Origin: an uncultured bacterium
Lineage (GTDB): Bacteria; Verrucomicrobiota; Kiritimatiellia; RFP12; UBA1067
Direction: 5' to 3'
DNA: 64,000 nt
Assembly: GCA_902802945.1 (NCBI GenBank)
Contig: CADCOC010000002.1
Coordinates: 9,853-73,852, forward strand
The notes beneath the pieces are model-generated. The model was not told the DNA's origin and did not search any database. It worked only from the letters and a program-made list of their open reading frames with translations. The position numbers and the translations under genes were made by a program. Every line of letters begins with the position of its first letter. Position 1 is the first letter of the stretch. This document shows positions 9,101 through 22,100 of this stretch, piece after piece.

Positions 9101-9233
9101 GTCGCAGAAGGCAATCGGCATCTCCACGTTCTCGGGAATGCTCGCCTCCACGTTCGTGGGCATCTTCTTCACGCCCGCGCTCTACGCCCTCTTCCAGCGC
9201 CTCCGCGAGTTCGTTCGTCCGTTGGCAAAGTAA
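6132..9233 (+). CDS. RND multidrug efflux permease, AcrB/HAE1 family, full length (1033 aa)
   Basis: MFSQFFINRPRFAFVLAIALSLCGVIALMQLPVEEYPEIAPVTI is a canonical AcrB N-terminus. It has 12 TM-type hydrophobic blocks and two large periplasmic loops. No membrane-fusion-protein gene precedes it. Confidence 0.9.
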   Translation: MFSQFFINRPRFAFVLAIALSLCGVIALMQLPVEEYPEIAPVTIRVSASYPGASAQVVADTIALPVEDQINGVENVLYYSSTCNNSGSYSCSVTFASGADSDMALVNLQNAVKRAEAKLPSIVKQQGISVQKRNSDMLAMYAFATDGRKYSLQQLGDFVEQNVKEAVMRLEGVSVAEVAASQAYAMRVWLNPVRMSGLGISISDISRAIEAQNVQAAAGTVGSEYSNRYLSYKLNVDGRLKTAEEFAAIVVRNDPESGGQVLLGDVARVEIGSKSYAGRSAFNGRESIGLSVYKTPEANSLEVVDRVKATLDDWMKRLPEGVTCEIANDATAFTRVFMHEIVATLFMALGLVVLITWLFLQDLRATLVPAVAIPISLLAAFVFIWAFGFTINILTMFGLILVIGSLVDDAIVVVENTQTLMATEGLSAKEAASKSMRQITGAVIATTLVTVACYIPLAFYGGMVGKMYIQFAFTMCVALCLSTFVALTLSPVLCSLLLRPPKARPPRLFAPVNFVIDGARKGYLAVVRLLVRHVVISALLFAAAVGGCWFLKDCVKETLLPDEDKGMIMMDVELPQGATLERTNRVLDDIQKRIQGVPGVKGVMLISGNGSMSGSGEHCGMGVLLLDHWDKRKTPETQVGSIIAEIRKRTADVYAAKVTCFTTPAISGLGRLGGVGFNLCSDAGSDATALAAAAQAFVRRIQELPEAGRVTCGFRADTPQLRLTLDRQKAKSLGVDPSTVFSTLQNKLASVYVNDFNKDGRAYEVLVQSQADFRATPEDIADLHVPGANGAMVPLSAIGTVAYEIGSREVTRFNKMPSASINAQVAPGVAPLELISAIERAGAPEGYHVEWSEMSLQEKENQGRLGLLMGLAALFAYLFLVAQYESWTIPLPVMCSVVFALAGAYLGLWITGTPMSIYAQLGLVMLIGLSAKNAILMVEFSKQQREEAGLSVADAALKGADLRFRAVQMTAWSFLCGVLPLVLATGAGAGSQKAIGISTFSGMLASTFVGIFFTPALYALFQRLREFVRPLAK

Positions 9234-9284
9234 CCCGCTCAAAAATCCCCTCGCCCTAGGGAGACAGCTTCTACCGCGTGGCTT

Positions 9285-9569
9285 TTACCCGAAGAGGTCG
9301 CTGTGGGTGCCAAGGCGGAAACAGATGAGTTGAAGCTGGCCTTCGACAATCCGGTAGATCAGCACAAGGTCGGATTCGACATGGCAGTCGCGGTATCCCG
9401 CATAGTCGCCAGAAAGCGCGTGGTCGTGGAGCGTTGGCGGAAGCGGCTCTTGGGCGCAGAGGAGGTCGATTACTTTCGTGATCTTTTCCAAGTCCTTGCC
9501 GCGTCGGACTGCCAGTTTGAGGTCTCGGGAGAATTGCCTTGTGAAGATGCGGTTGAGCATGGCAGTCAA
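9285..9569 (-). CDS. yafQ: Type II toxin YafQ/RelE-family mRNA interferase
   Basis: MTAMLNRIFTRQFSRDLKLAVRRGKDLEKITKVIDLLCAQEPLPPTLHDHALSGDYAGYRDCHVESDLVLIYR. It overlaps the antitoxin stop by 4 nt (ATGA). Confidence 0.8.
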   Translation of the reverse strand: MTAMLNRIFTRQFSRDLKLAVRRGKDLEKITKVIDLLCAQEPLPPTLHDHALSGDYAGYRDCHVESDLVLIYRIVEGQLQLICFRLGTHSDLFG

Positions 9570-9877
9570 TCCTCCATGTCCAATGCTGCTTTCAACATTT
9601 CCTCGGTGCTGTTGAAGGGGCCGTATGACGGTTCAAGTCCGGCCATGTCGCGATCAAGGACGGCGCGGGTCTCTGCATTGGGGTATTCGTTTGCCTCCTC
9701 CTCATCTGTGCGGGTTTTGCCCAGGGTGATGCCATGCGGGAAACCACGGTGCTCCAAAGTGTACATGAGAAGGATGTTCATGCCCGTCGACGTGGTCATC
9801 CCAAGGCGGGAGAAAAGAGCATCGGCCCGACGCTTGATTTCGGGTTTGACGCGGAAAGCGATTGTTGACGTAGCCAT
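9566..9877 (-). CDS. dinJ: Type II antitoxin DinJ/RelB family
   Basis: MATSTIAFRVKPEIKRRADALFSRLGMTTSTGMNILLMYTLEHRGFP. The start is at the internal Met of ORF 9566..9952. Confidence 0.8.
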   Translation of the reverse strand: MATSTIAFRVKPEIKRRADALFSRLGMTTSTGMNILLMYTLEHRGFPHGITLGKTRTDEEEANEYPNAETRAVLDRDMAGLEPSYGPFNSTEEMLKAALDMED

Positions 9878-10037
9878 TGCAAATGCTCCTATTTGTTTGA
9901 CGGACGTGGACAGTTTAGCACAATCGAATTGCAGATGCAACAGCCAAAACATGCGGACGGCGCGTTGTGCTACGCAGCCTAGTAGAACGGGCTGCCAGCC
10001 CGTTCAAACTTCACCTCAATCTGCAATTATAAATTTT

Positions 10038-10072
10038 CCCCCTTGCAACAGGCAAGGGGGATTTGGTAAACT
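10038..10072 (+). promoter_or_regulatory. Promoter of the giant gene, TTGCAA(10043-48)-N18-(TG)TAAACT(10067-72). It is overlapped by the hairpin CCCCCTTGC-aacag-GCAAGGGGG (10038-10060).
   Basis: Read directly. The same 'TGGTAAACT' extended -10 occurs before tRNA-Ser at 61750-61758. Confidence 0.4.
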
Positions 10073-10171
10073 TCACTTGACTTGGAGAAGGCATGGCCAG
10101 CGGCAGGGCGGCGAAATGGGAGTTTCGTCGGCAGGCAGGTGGCATGGATGATGATAAAAAGGAGCCCAAAC

Positions 10172-13100
10172 ATGAACACGATAATTCGTAAAATCGGCAT
10201 GGGAGGGGGTAAAACCCTAGTTTCCCTCTTTTCCGGAATCGCGAAGGCCGCAAGAGGCGCAGCGCTTCCGCTGTTGATCGCGGCGAGCGCAATCCTTTCG
10301 GCACGAGGGGACGGCCTCGCCATCACGCCCGCCACGCTGCCGGACGGAATGGAGGGCGTGCAATACGACCAGTGGTTCACCGCCACCGGCGGCGGCGACA
10401 GCCCGAGTTGGCAGTGGTACACCGTGCCCGCCAGTTACGCCACAGCTTCGAGCACCTATCAGGTTTCGGGAAACGAAACGCCGCTCTGGGAAGGTCAGAG
10501 CCAGCGGGGCAACGTGGAATACACCTTGCCGTTCGCGTTCCCGTTCGGGGGCCGCATGATCGACAAGGTCTATGTCAGCCCCGTAGGCGCAATCCTCTTC
10601 GAGGACGATTTCATCGACGACAACTACGTTAGAAACAGCTCGCTCTACTACCGCTATGGCATCGCGGTGTTCTGGTGCGAAACGTCGAAGGTGGAGGCCT
10701 ACGTCGATACGAACGTCGCAAACGAGGTGTCGTTCCGCTTCGAGTCGTTTTCGACCGGCACCGGCACGTGGGCTGCGCGCGCGACGCTCAAGAAAGACGG
10801 CACCATCCGCTGCTCCTACCGGCAGACGGGCAACACCTTCTCGGACACGACGCGCGTGATCGGCGTCGCCTTCAGTGGCAACTACCTGCCGGTTGGCGCG
10901 GAGTCGGACGGCATCCCGGCGACGGACATCGTCTTCACCACCTACGGTCTTCCCGCCGGCCTCCAGTTCAGCTCAGGCTCATGGGATCCCGACACCTCCC
11001 TCTATCGCCCCCGTCTCTACGGCAAGGTCGCCGAGGCGTGCGACGTGAAGTTTGCCGTGCGCGTTTACGACGACAACGACAGTTCGGTGGCCGCAACCAA
11101 CTTCTATGCCTTCTCCATCGTCCGCAACCCGAACCGTCCGCCCGTGATCGACGCCTTCGCGCCCGCCGACACGAACGAGGTGATCTTCATCAACCTCGGC
11201 GACACGGTCAACTTCAACGTGGCCGTCACGGACGAGGCGGGCGATCCCTTCGACGTGAAGTGGGAGTTCCTGTCCAGAGGCAACTCCTACTATTCGACGC
11301 CCGAGACCGTCGGCACGGAGACGAACCTCGTCTTCGAGGCGACGCAGGCGCTCTACGTGATGCAGGACTCGGACTACCAGCCTCTTCTCCGGTGTACCGT
11401 CTCGGACGAGTGCTGGACGAACATCGTCACGTGGAAGGTCAACATTCGCCGCGACTGGCATGTGGACGCCGCCGCCGATCCCGGCACCGCCGACGGCTCG
11501 GCGGATCATCCGTGGCCGAGCCCGCACATGGGCGGCCTGCAGCGGGGCGACACGGTCTTCGTCGCGCCCGGCACCTACGTCTGGGGTCCGTCCGACAGCA
11601 CGCAGATCGGCATCGCGGGCGGCGTGACGTTCCGCTCCACCGGCAGCGCCGCCGACACGAAGTTCGTCTTCCAGAAGAAGGGCTACATCCAGGCCCGCTA
11701 CTACAAGAACTCGACGTTCCAGGGCTTCTCCTTCGACGGCATCTGCTTCTACAACTGCGACCTCGTCGACTGCGAGATCCGGAACTACGACAGCGCCAAC
11801 AGCTACGACGGCGCCATCCGCGGCTGCTCGCTCCTGCGCTGCTACGTGACCGGCGGCACGGGCAAATTCCACTGCTACCAGACCGACATCGTCGATTCCA
11901 CCATCGCCGGCAACACGATCAACGTCCCCTCCACCGAGAGCGCGGAGTGCCGTGCCGTCGGCAAGGACTGCACGCTGGCGAACTCCATCGTCGTGAACAA
12001 CCTCGCGCTCGACGGCGTGGAGGCCAACGTCTACACCGACACCACCTATAGCCCGACCGCGGTAACGAACTCCTGCACGATCCCCGCGATGACGAAGCTC
12101 GGCCCCGGCAACTACGAGGCGCAGCCGACGTTCGTCTCGCTCGCGGGCGGCGACCTGCGCCTGCGCGTCGGCTCGGCGTGCATCGACGCGGGCGACCCCG
12201 CGAACAACACGGGCGCGTACAAGGGCCCCGGCGTCGAGGGCTTTGCCGTATACGCGTTCACCGATCCCGTGCGCGGCATCTTCTCGGACGGATCTGAACT
12301 GCAGGTTGTGGCGGCAGGCGCGACGGCCTACGTCATGGTCAAGCCGCTCGCCGACCGCGCGTTCCTCGGCTGGGTGACGAACGGTGTCGAAGTCGCGGGC
12401 GTGACAACTTCGGAACTCGCCATCGAGAACATCGACTGCGACTACGAGGTCGAGGCGCTTTTCGAATACAGGGAATTCTGGGTAAATCCGACCGAGGCGG
12501 ACGACTCCGGCGACGGCACCGCCGCCGCGCCGAAGAAGACCATCGCTGCCGCCGCCGCGCTCGCGATCGACGGCGAGACGATCCGCCTCGCGGAGGGCAC
12601 GTTCGAGCCGTTCGCCCTCCTGGAATCGCCCAAGGTCACGCTCCTCGGCGCGGGCCCGGACAAGACCTTCATCGACGGCGGCGGCACGAACTGGTGCGTC
12701 CGTCTCGGCTCCAACGCGACGCTCAAGAACGTCGCCGTGGTCAACGGCAAATACACGAGCTGGTCCAGCTACGCGGGCGGCGTCACCGGCGGCACGATCG
12801 AGAACTGCGTCGTCTCGAACTGCGTCTCCAGCCAGTCGGCCGGCGGCGTGTCCGGCGCGACGGTCGTGAGCTGCCTCGTCACGGGCAACACCACCGACCA
12901 GGAATATGGTGGCTTCGGAGGCGGCGCGTATCAATGCAAGGTCTACAACTCCACCATCGTCGGCAACGTCCATTCGTTCAACTGCGCCGGCGGTGCCAGT
13001 GTCTGCTACCTCTTCAACAACATCATCACCGGCAACAAGTCCAACGGCGGCAGCGACACGTATGACGTCTACGACCCCAAGGACGCGAATTTCAGTTCCA

Positions 13101-16100
13101 GCGTCAGCTCGAACGTCGCGTATTCCGCCAACCTCATCGGCTCCGATCCGTGGTTCGTCGACGCCGCGAACGGCGACTACCGCCTGATCGCGGGCTCGCC
13201 CGCAATCGACGCGGGCGGCGAGGCGCTCGGCTTCGACTTCGAGCACGCGACCGACCTCTCGGGCGGCCGTCGCATCAAGAACGGTATCGTCGACTACGGA
13301 TGCTACGAAGGCGGCGTCGTGACCGGCGCGCCCGCTGCGCCCGTCGCGACCGGCTCGAGCGCCAAGGCCGTGAAAGGCATTCCGTTCACGTGGGAGGCCG
13401 TGCCGAATGCGGCGGAGTACCGCATCTACCGCGGAACCGCCAACAATGTCGCCGCCGCGACGCTCCTCGGCTCCACGACCGCCACCTCCTACCTCGACCT
13501 CTCTACGACGGGTGGCACGGACTACTTCTACTGGGTCTCGTCCTACAACACCACCTACGGCGAAAGCGAGAAGTGCGGACCCATCGCCGTGACGTCCTAC
13601 GCAGACCTCAAGATCGAAACGGCGTCGCTTCCCGCCGCGACGGAGGCCGTCCCGTATTCGGTGCAGCTCGAATGCTCCGGCAACGTGGGCGAAGCGACGT
13701 GGAGCCTGCCGTATACGGTGGTCACACGTGGCGAGGGCAGCACCTTCAACGGCGACGTGGGTGTCGTGGTCGGCGACGACTGGCCGGAGAAGGACACATC
13801 CTACCAACACAACCCCATCGTTACTCTCCCGTTCTCGTTCACGTGGTTCGGCGAGCAATACGACAAGGTGCGTCTCTCGAAGTTTGGCGCGCTCTATTTC
13901 GGCGTTGGCACAGGAGTGTCCGTTTCGTGGTCTCCCTGGGCCATCGACGAAGAGCCGAAGATTGTCGTCAACGAAGGTCCTTACTCTTCCTACTATTATG
14001 TCGAGACTTCGGAATTTCGCGTCGACAGTCAGGCGGACCATGTGACGATCGTCTGGAAGGGCACGTGCCACGGGAAAACCGTCGAGTTCTCCGCGACGCT
14101 CAATTCCGACAACACCGTCCGTCTCGCCTACGGCTCCAACGAGGTAGGAGCGTATGTGGCCTACTCCAATGGGTCGGCGGACACCGTGAATACGCTCTAC
14201 AGGGCGGAAGGCGACTTCTCCAACGCGGACGACTATGTGATCACGTGCCTCCCGAACGAAAGCCACCTCGTGCTCTCGGAGGGCGGGCTTCTCTCCGGAA
14301 TCGAGGACGACGCGGGAGAGTATCTGGTCTCGGTGCTTGTGACGGACGACGCGAACGGCGACACCGCCTGGAAGACCTTTGCGCTCACCGTGAACGTGAA
14401 CGCGAACAAGCGTCCCGTCATCGACGCGGTCACGCCTGACGAAGACGAGGTGCTCGTCCTCGCGGGCGACAGCCAGGAGTTCACGGTTACGGCGCACGAC
14501 CCCGAAAGCGCGGCGCTCAGCTACAGCTGGTATCTCGACGACGCGCTCGTCTCGACCGCCGGGGCGAACTGGACCTACGCCCCGACCGACGCCGACCGCG
14601 GGAGACATTCGCTCGTCTGCGAAGTGGCCGACGCGCTCTGGACAAATGGACAGGTCTACGCCGAGTGGGAAGTCACCGTGGGCGCCAAGCTTTACGTCGA
14701 CGTCGTCAACGGCACGACGAACGGAACGGGAACGGCCGAGTCGCCGTTCAAGACCCTGCAGCAGGCGGAATCGTGGATCGGCGGAGGTGAAACTGTGTTC
14801 GTCGCGCCGGGCACCTACGCGCCGGTTCGCGTGTGGGGCGGCGGGATGCCCGACCCCGTGACGTTCCGCGCGACGGGAAGCGCGGCGGAGACGATCATCG
14901 ACGGCGGCAGCACCAACATCTGCGTGGACGACTACCACTGCTCGAAGAACTTCACCTTCGTCGGCTTCACCCTGCGCAACGGCGGGGACGAGGATTATGC
15001 CGGCACGGCGTCCTATGGCGTCAACCTGAAGGACTGCGTTGTCACGGGCTGCAAGAGCTGGCGCTGCACGATCTACGGCGCGAACGTCGAGAACTGCCAG
15101 ATCTACGGCAACACGGCGCTTCGCCACGGCGCGGCCGTCGGCTTCTGCAACGTCGTCAACAGTCTCATCTACGGCAACACGTCCGGCGAAACCGGCGTCG
15201 TATACCGCTCCACCCTCGACCGTTGCACCGTCTACGGCAATACCGCCCTGGTCGGCGGCGGTCTGGACGGCCTCTCGACGGCTGACCACTCGATCGTCTG
15301 GGGCAATACCGCGACTGCTGACGCTTCCACGGCCAACTACGAGCCGTCGACGAACGGCGTGCAGTTCACGTACTCCTGCACGACGCCGCTGCCGGAAGGG
15401 GAGGGCAACATCGCGTCCGATCCGCTCTTCGTGAACGCGGCGGGCGGCGACTTCCACCTCGCGGACAGCTCGCCGTGCCTTGCGGCCGGCATGGGCTGCT
15501 ACGCCGAGGGCGGCGGGGAACCGGTCGTGACGCAGTTCACCGTGACGTTCGACGCGAACGGCGGCACGTGCGCCGAGGCCTCGCGCCAGGTCGTGTCCGG
15601 CGCGGCGGTCGGCACTCTCCCGACCCCGACGCGCACGGGCTACACATTTGCCGGCTGGTACACCGCCAAGACGGGCGGGACGCAGGTTACGGCCGCGACG
15701 ACGGTGACGGCGGCCGTCACGTGGTACGCGCGTTGGACGGAACTTCCTCCGGCGTATACGTTGACGATTGAGGACGGCGTGCTGAAGGGCTACACGGGCG
15801 ACCTCCCGGCGACGCTCGCGATTCCGGCGACGGTGACGGCGTTCGGCGCAAACCTCTTCAAGGGCGCGACGGCGCTCACCGCCGTAACGGGCGGCGCGAA
15901 TGTGACGGCCTGCGGCGCGGGCGCGTTCCGCGACTCGGGCATCTGGAAGGCCGCGCCGAACGGACCGGTCGTGGTGTGCGGCGTGCTTGTGGGCTGGAAG
16001 GGGACGGTTCCCGCAACGGCGACCGTGCCATACGGCGTGAAGGTGATCGCGGATGGCGCGCTTGCGGGAGCCGCGAACCTCGCGACGCTCTATCTGCCCG

Positions 16101-19100
16101 ATTCGCTCGTCTCCATCGGCGCGGGCGCGTTCAAGGACTGCACGAAGCTCGACGACGTGTTCGGGCTTGAAGACGGCGTGACCGTTGCGGACAACGCCTT
16201 CGAAGGCACGCTCCGCAACACCTTCCGCTTTACGTGGTCTGGCCTGGTCGTGACCGGCTTCAAGGGTCCGCTCCCTGCCGCGCTCGTCATACCCGCCAAC
16301 GCCACCGGCATTGGCGTGAATGCGTTCAAGGGGCAGACGACGATTACCTCGCTGACAATCGAGGGCGAGAACGCCGTCAACGTCGGCGCAGGCGCGTTTG
16401 AGGGATGCACGGCGCTCGCGACGGCCACCATCGGCGGCGGCGCGACAATTGCCGCGACTTCGTTCAAGGGCTGCGCGGCGCTGACGAATCTCACCGTCGG
16501 CGGTTCGGCCACAATCGCCGCCGAATCGTTCAAGAATTTCGCGGCGCTGAAGACCGTTTCCATCGGTGGCGACGCAACAATCGGCGCGTCGGGGTTCGCG
16601 GGCTGCACGGCGCTTAATACTTTCACGGCCGGCGGTGGCGCAACGGTCGGCGCGTCCGCGTTTGAGGGCTGCACGACCCTTGAGACTTTCACGGCCGGCG
16701 ACACCGTTTCCATCGCCACGAATGCCTTCAAGGGTTGCGTCGCGCTTGCCACCGCAGACTTCGGGAAAGTTTCCGCACTTGGCGAGAGTGCGTTCGAGGG
16801 CTGCTCGTCGCTCGCATCGCTTGAGCTGGCGGAGGGCATCGAGGAGATCGGTGCGGCGTCGTTCAAGGGCTGCGCCTCGCTTAAGGCGATCGATCTCCCG
16901 GCGTCCGTCACGACGATCGGCGTGTCCGCCTTCGAGGGATGCTCGAAGCTGGCGACCGTCACGGGCGGCGAGAACGTGCGCGTTATCCGCACGGACGCCT
17001 TTGCCGGAACGGCGTGGTACGACGCGGCCCCTGCGGAGGGCTTCGAGGAAGTCTCGCTCGGCCACGTGCTCTTGCGCGTGAAGGGCGATGTCCCCGCCTC
17101 TTACGAGATCTCGTCGAACGTCTGGACGGTCGCGAACGGCGCGTTCGCTGGCGTCACCACGCTCACCGAACTCTATATCGGCACGGAGGTGGTCTCGCTC
17201 TGGGATCGCGCGTTTGCGGGTTGCACCTCGCTCGGCAGCGTGACCATTCCGAGCGGCTGCCGCGAGTTCGGCGACTACCTCTTCGACGGCTGCACGTCGC
17301 TCACCAACGTCTTCTTCCGCGGCCACGCACCGACGAACGACGTGCCGCACCTCTTCGCGGGCACGCCCGAGACGCTGAAGGTCCGCATCAAGGAAGGAAG
17401 CCGCGGATGGGTATATCCCGGCGCCGATTCCGACTACCGTCCCGCCCGCTGGCCATACCAGACGGCGGATGGTAGAAGGTGGCAGCGTGTCGCGGACGAC
17501 CTGAACCGCGCCGTTTACGAGCCGGACGACGAGCCCGGTGTCATTCGTAGTGTCATCGTCGACGGCATCATCACGAACGACACGATATGGGTCGGCGGCA
17601 GGGTGTACGAGATTCAGCGCAGTTGCTCTGTCAAAGGGAACGCGACGCTGACGGTCGAGGCCGGCGCAATCGTAAAGTTGCCGTTTGGGAGAGTTTACGC
17701 CTATGACCCAAGAGGGTTGAACGTCTATGATTCGGGCTCGCTTGTGGTCAACGGCACGCTCGCCAATCCCGTGGTGTTCACATCGATCCGCGACGACTCG
17801 TGGGGCGGCGACACGAACGGCGACGGCAACCGCTCCGAACCGTATCCCAGCGAATGCGGGGGCGTGTATGTTTATTCACGGGATGCAACTGTTCACGCGA
17901 CCTACGCGAAGTTCCTGTATGGGCAAGCCGTAAACACCTTTAGCGCTACAGCGTGTCTGATGAGCTATGGCCGGACCAACACCCTTTACGGTTGCGAGTT
18001 CAGCCATTCGGCGATGGACGGATATTTCGGCTGCGGACGGTTGGAGAATTGCGTCTTTACCGACTGCGACCGCGGACTTGTCTCTGTGGATAGGGGTGTT
18101 GTGGCCGTGAACTGCGTCGCATACGGCAACCGTATCGGTTTCTTCTCGCACACGTCGTACATGTACATAACGAACTGCATTTCCGCGTTCAACTCGGAAT
18201 ACGGCATCTCGGGCGACGGTAGCGCCGTCTTTTCCACGCGGAGCTGCCTCTGGACTCCCGGCGGCGAGAACACACGTTATAAGAATGGCGGGAAATCGTG
18301 GAACACCTACAACGTCGACAACATCGAGGCCGATCCGCTCTTCCTCGACGCGGAGAACGGGGACTTCCGGATTTCCGCGAGTTCGCCATGCGTGGACGCG
18401 GCCTGGGGCGACGTGGCGCCGGAGTATGACTACTACGAGCAGCCGCGCATGGATGTGAGGTTCGTCGAGAACACGGGCAAGCCGAACGCGGAGGGAATCT
18501 ATCCCGACATCGGCATCTACGAGGTGCCGGGCACGACGGAGCGTCCCGTGATGAATCTTGAGGTGGAGAGCGTGTCGTTCACGCCCGCGACGGTTGCGCC
18601 GGGCGAGACGCTGGCCGTCACCTACACGATGAAGAACGCGGGAGACGCGGCGGCGACGGGGTCGATCCGCGACGTGGTGCGCATCAAGTCCGCCGCGAAC
18701 GGCGGCACGATGGTGGCTGGCACGGTGACGCAGAACTACAGCCTTGAAACGAACGCCGTCGCCACGTTCACCGCGCGCGTAACGATGCCCGCCGCTCCGG
18801 CCGGCAACTGGTACGTGGGCATCGACGTGAACCCGAACCGCGACGTGTTCGAGCAGAACCTCCAGAGGAATTCGATGTGGACGGAAAATACGGTCGAGGT
18901 GACGCTGCCGGGTCTGACCACTTCGTCCTCGACAAGCGTGACCATCCCGGCCGGAACGACGAAGGGGTGGGCGTTGATCGATCTGCCGGCCGAGGGCGGC
19001 GTGGTGACGGTCACGGGCGCGAACGCGGCGGCGATCCGGGCGATGGTCGCGAACGGACACATGCCGACGGTGGTGATGAACGACGCGGCGTCCTTCGCGC

Positions 19101-22100
19101 AGGGCACGACAACGGCCGTGCTCGTGGTGCCGGCGCGCGCGGCGGGCGAGACGATGTACCTTGCCGTCGAGAACACGGGGATTTCGTCCGCGACGGTGAC
19201 GGTCAAGGTCGAGAAGCTGACGACGCAGCTGTGGTCGGTCTATCCCGAGATTGCGGCGAACGTGGGCGACATGGGCTTCACGTTCACGGGCGCGGGGCTG
19301 ACGGCGACGAGCGACATCCGTCTCGGCGGCATCAAGGCCAAGAGCGTGACGGTCGTAGACTCCGCGAACGTGTACGCTGTCTTCGACATCCACAACATCG
19401 CGGCAGACCGGTACTACGACGTGACGGCGGACGGCAAGACGCTCCGCGACGCGGTGTACATCAACAAGGTGGCGAAGGGGCCGATCCTCGAAGCGAAGCT
19501 GGAACTGCCGGAGCGCACGCGCGACAACCGCATCTATACGGGCTACGTGGTCTATGAGAACACGGGCGACACGCAGATGAACGTGCCGATGTTCATCGTG
19601 AAGCGCGGCAAGGGCGACACGACGACGATGCTGGGGGCGTACGACGCGGAGACGCTGACCTCCAACGCCGTCGTCGTGGCGGGCATCGGCTCGACGCATC
19701 CGGCGGGCATCCTGAAGCCGGGCGACACGGGCCGCCTGCCGTTCAAGTTCAAGCCGGTGGGCGACTACAATCTCTCGCTCAGGAAGTGGGTCAAGACGAA
19801 GGACGACGTGGCGGCGATGGCCACGCGCCTCAACCTCCGCGGCCGCACCGTCTGGAACGGTGACGACATCTACTACTCGGCGCTCAACGTGCGCAACGGC
19901 ACCCCCGTGGCGGGCGTCAGCGGATGGTGTCTCGACTCGCGCACCCGCGAGCCGCTGGAGGGAATCGCGCTCGTATTGGTGGCGACGAACACCGAGGCGT
20001 CGGCGGGAACCGCCAATAGGCGCGCATTCAGCACAACGACCGACGCAAACGGATACTTCCAGTTCGGTCTGCTGCCGGACGGACTCTACGGCTTCACGGC
20101 GTCCGGCAGGGCGCGGGTGGTTTCCACGGCGACCGTCGAGGTCTCTGGCCAGAAGGATGTCAACGGCGTCGAAGTCCTGGCGTTGCCGCCGACGAGGATA
20201 CACGGCTACGTCGTCGGCTCCGACGGCACCCCGGTGCAGTACGGGCATGTCGTGCTGCGCGAAGGGGACATGATGATAGGCGAGACGACCGAGACGGACG
20301 GCTTCGGCGCGTATTCGTTCGAGGGCATCGGCGACGGCACATACGACGTCCTGGCCGAGGCGATCGGCGTGTACGGTGCGGCGATAAAGACGAACGTCGC
20401 GGTGAACGTGACGAACGTCGACGTCAGAGTCGACCTCGAAATGCCGGCGCTCGCGAGCATTGCGGGCACGGTGACGCCCGGCGGCGCTCCCGTGGACGGC
20501 GGTATCGTGTCGGTGCTGTCGCTGGCGGACGGTGAGACGACGACCGTCGGGGTCGACACGAACGGCACGTATTCCGCAGACGGCGTCACGCCGGGCGAAT
20601 GCGAAGTGAAATACTCCGGTGGCGGAAAGTTCTCGCGCATCGCGCTGACGGTCGCGGCCGGCGAGAACAAGCTCGACATCGCCGCGCAGGCCGCGCCGAT
20701 CTTCGGGGCGACGTCCGCCAGGGCGTTCGTGGAGGCGGGCGCGTCCTTCGAGGCGACGTTCTGCGTCCGCGAGCCGTCGACGAACGACGTGTCCTACGCC
20801 TGGGACTTCGGCGACGGAAGCGCAACCGTCGTCACCGCCGCCCCTGTCGTGTCGCATGAATTCACCAGGACGGCGGATGAGAACCGGTTCACGGTCAAGC
20901 TGACCGTCACGAGGGCCGACGGGACGAGCGAGATATGCGTGGTGCGCGAGGCGTTCAGCCTGCTGGCGCCGATCGAGACGGAATACCAGGACAACGCGAT
21001 CATCCTCTCGGTGGCGAACCGCCACAACGCGGGGACGCTGGAGTTCGTGGACTTCGACCCGAACGGCGCGGCCGAGGGCACTGTCATGCGGCTCAAGGGC
21101 GAGGCGGCGATTCCGCTCGACGGAGCTGTCGTGATGGTCGGCTACATAGACGAGAAGACCGGCGACGTCACGAGCGGCATCCGCAGGATCGTCTCGCACA
21201 CGACCGGTACCGACGGGGTGGTCACGTGCACGACGGAGGGCGAAGGGCTCAGTGCCGTGTTCAAGCAGATCGGAGTCAGCACGTCCGACGCCTTGGAGGT
21301 GACGCCGGAGGAGGAACAGGAGTCCGTGGCGTTCAAGGTCAAGTACGCGAATAAATTTAAAGGCGCCATCAGCGACGCCGCGGCGGCGGCGGTAAGCGGA
21401 CTGGGCGAGCTCGCGAAGAAGACCGCTTCGCATCTCAACAAGGGCGGAAAGCTGATCGGTGATGTCAACCTGTCGCTCGGGTGCAAGGTCGGAGAAGACT
21501 GCCTTGCGGGGCGTTTCTCGACGGAAACCGCGAAGATCGAGCGCGAAATCACAGTCCCGACATACGACGAGCCGGACAGCTTCTACAATATGTACAGCGG
21601 CAACGAGTGGGTGCCCTACCGCACGAAGATATACACCAACAACGTGTGGCGCTTCACGTACACGATGCATGTGGACGTCACGCCGTATCTCCAGGCCAAC
21701 GGATCGTTTGGGGTGGGTCTCGAGAAGAGGACGGACAAGTGCGAACTGGACCTTTCCAAGTACCTGAAGAAGAAAAAGGATAAGAATAAGAAGGAAGAAG
21801 TCCAAGAGGTCGACGCCGGACCGGAGGTGCCGATAGTGATCGCGGGGGTCCCCATCGCGAAGTTACGCCCGGTGCTGCAGTTCCGTCCGTATCTCTTCGG
21901 CGGCGTCAACGGTGCGGCGCGGATGAACCTGAGGTTCCACGGCGACCTCGCGTTCACCATTTCGGTCGAGAACGACATAAGGATGCCGACGGCCTCCTGC
22001 GCGGCGCCTGGATTCAAGATCGACAAGTGGATCGAGAACGTCTCGGACGAGTTCTCCGGGTCGTTCGAGGGCGGCGTTGGGGTCGTGCTGGCGTTGAAGT

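Noticed and set aside
9303-10151. 282-aa + strand ORF across the DinJ/YafQ locus
   Set aside because: It is antisense to two clearly recognisable toxin-antitoxin genes and has no family similarity.
10979-17350. 2123-aa antisense ORF, and similar long minus-strand ORFs at 17876..21805 and 22523..25195, overlapping the giant gene
   Set aside because: They are Arg/Ala/Gly-rich, low-complexity translations with no family resemblance. Long stop-free antisense frames of this kind are expected in ~65% GC coding DNA. The sense frame carries clear domain signatures.
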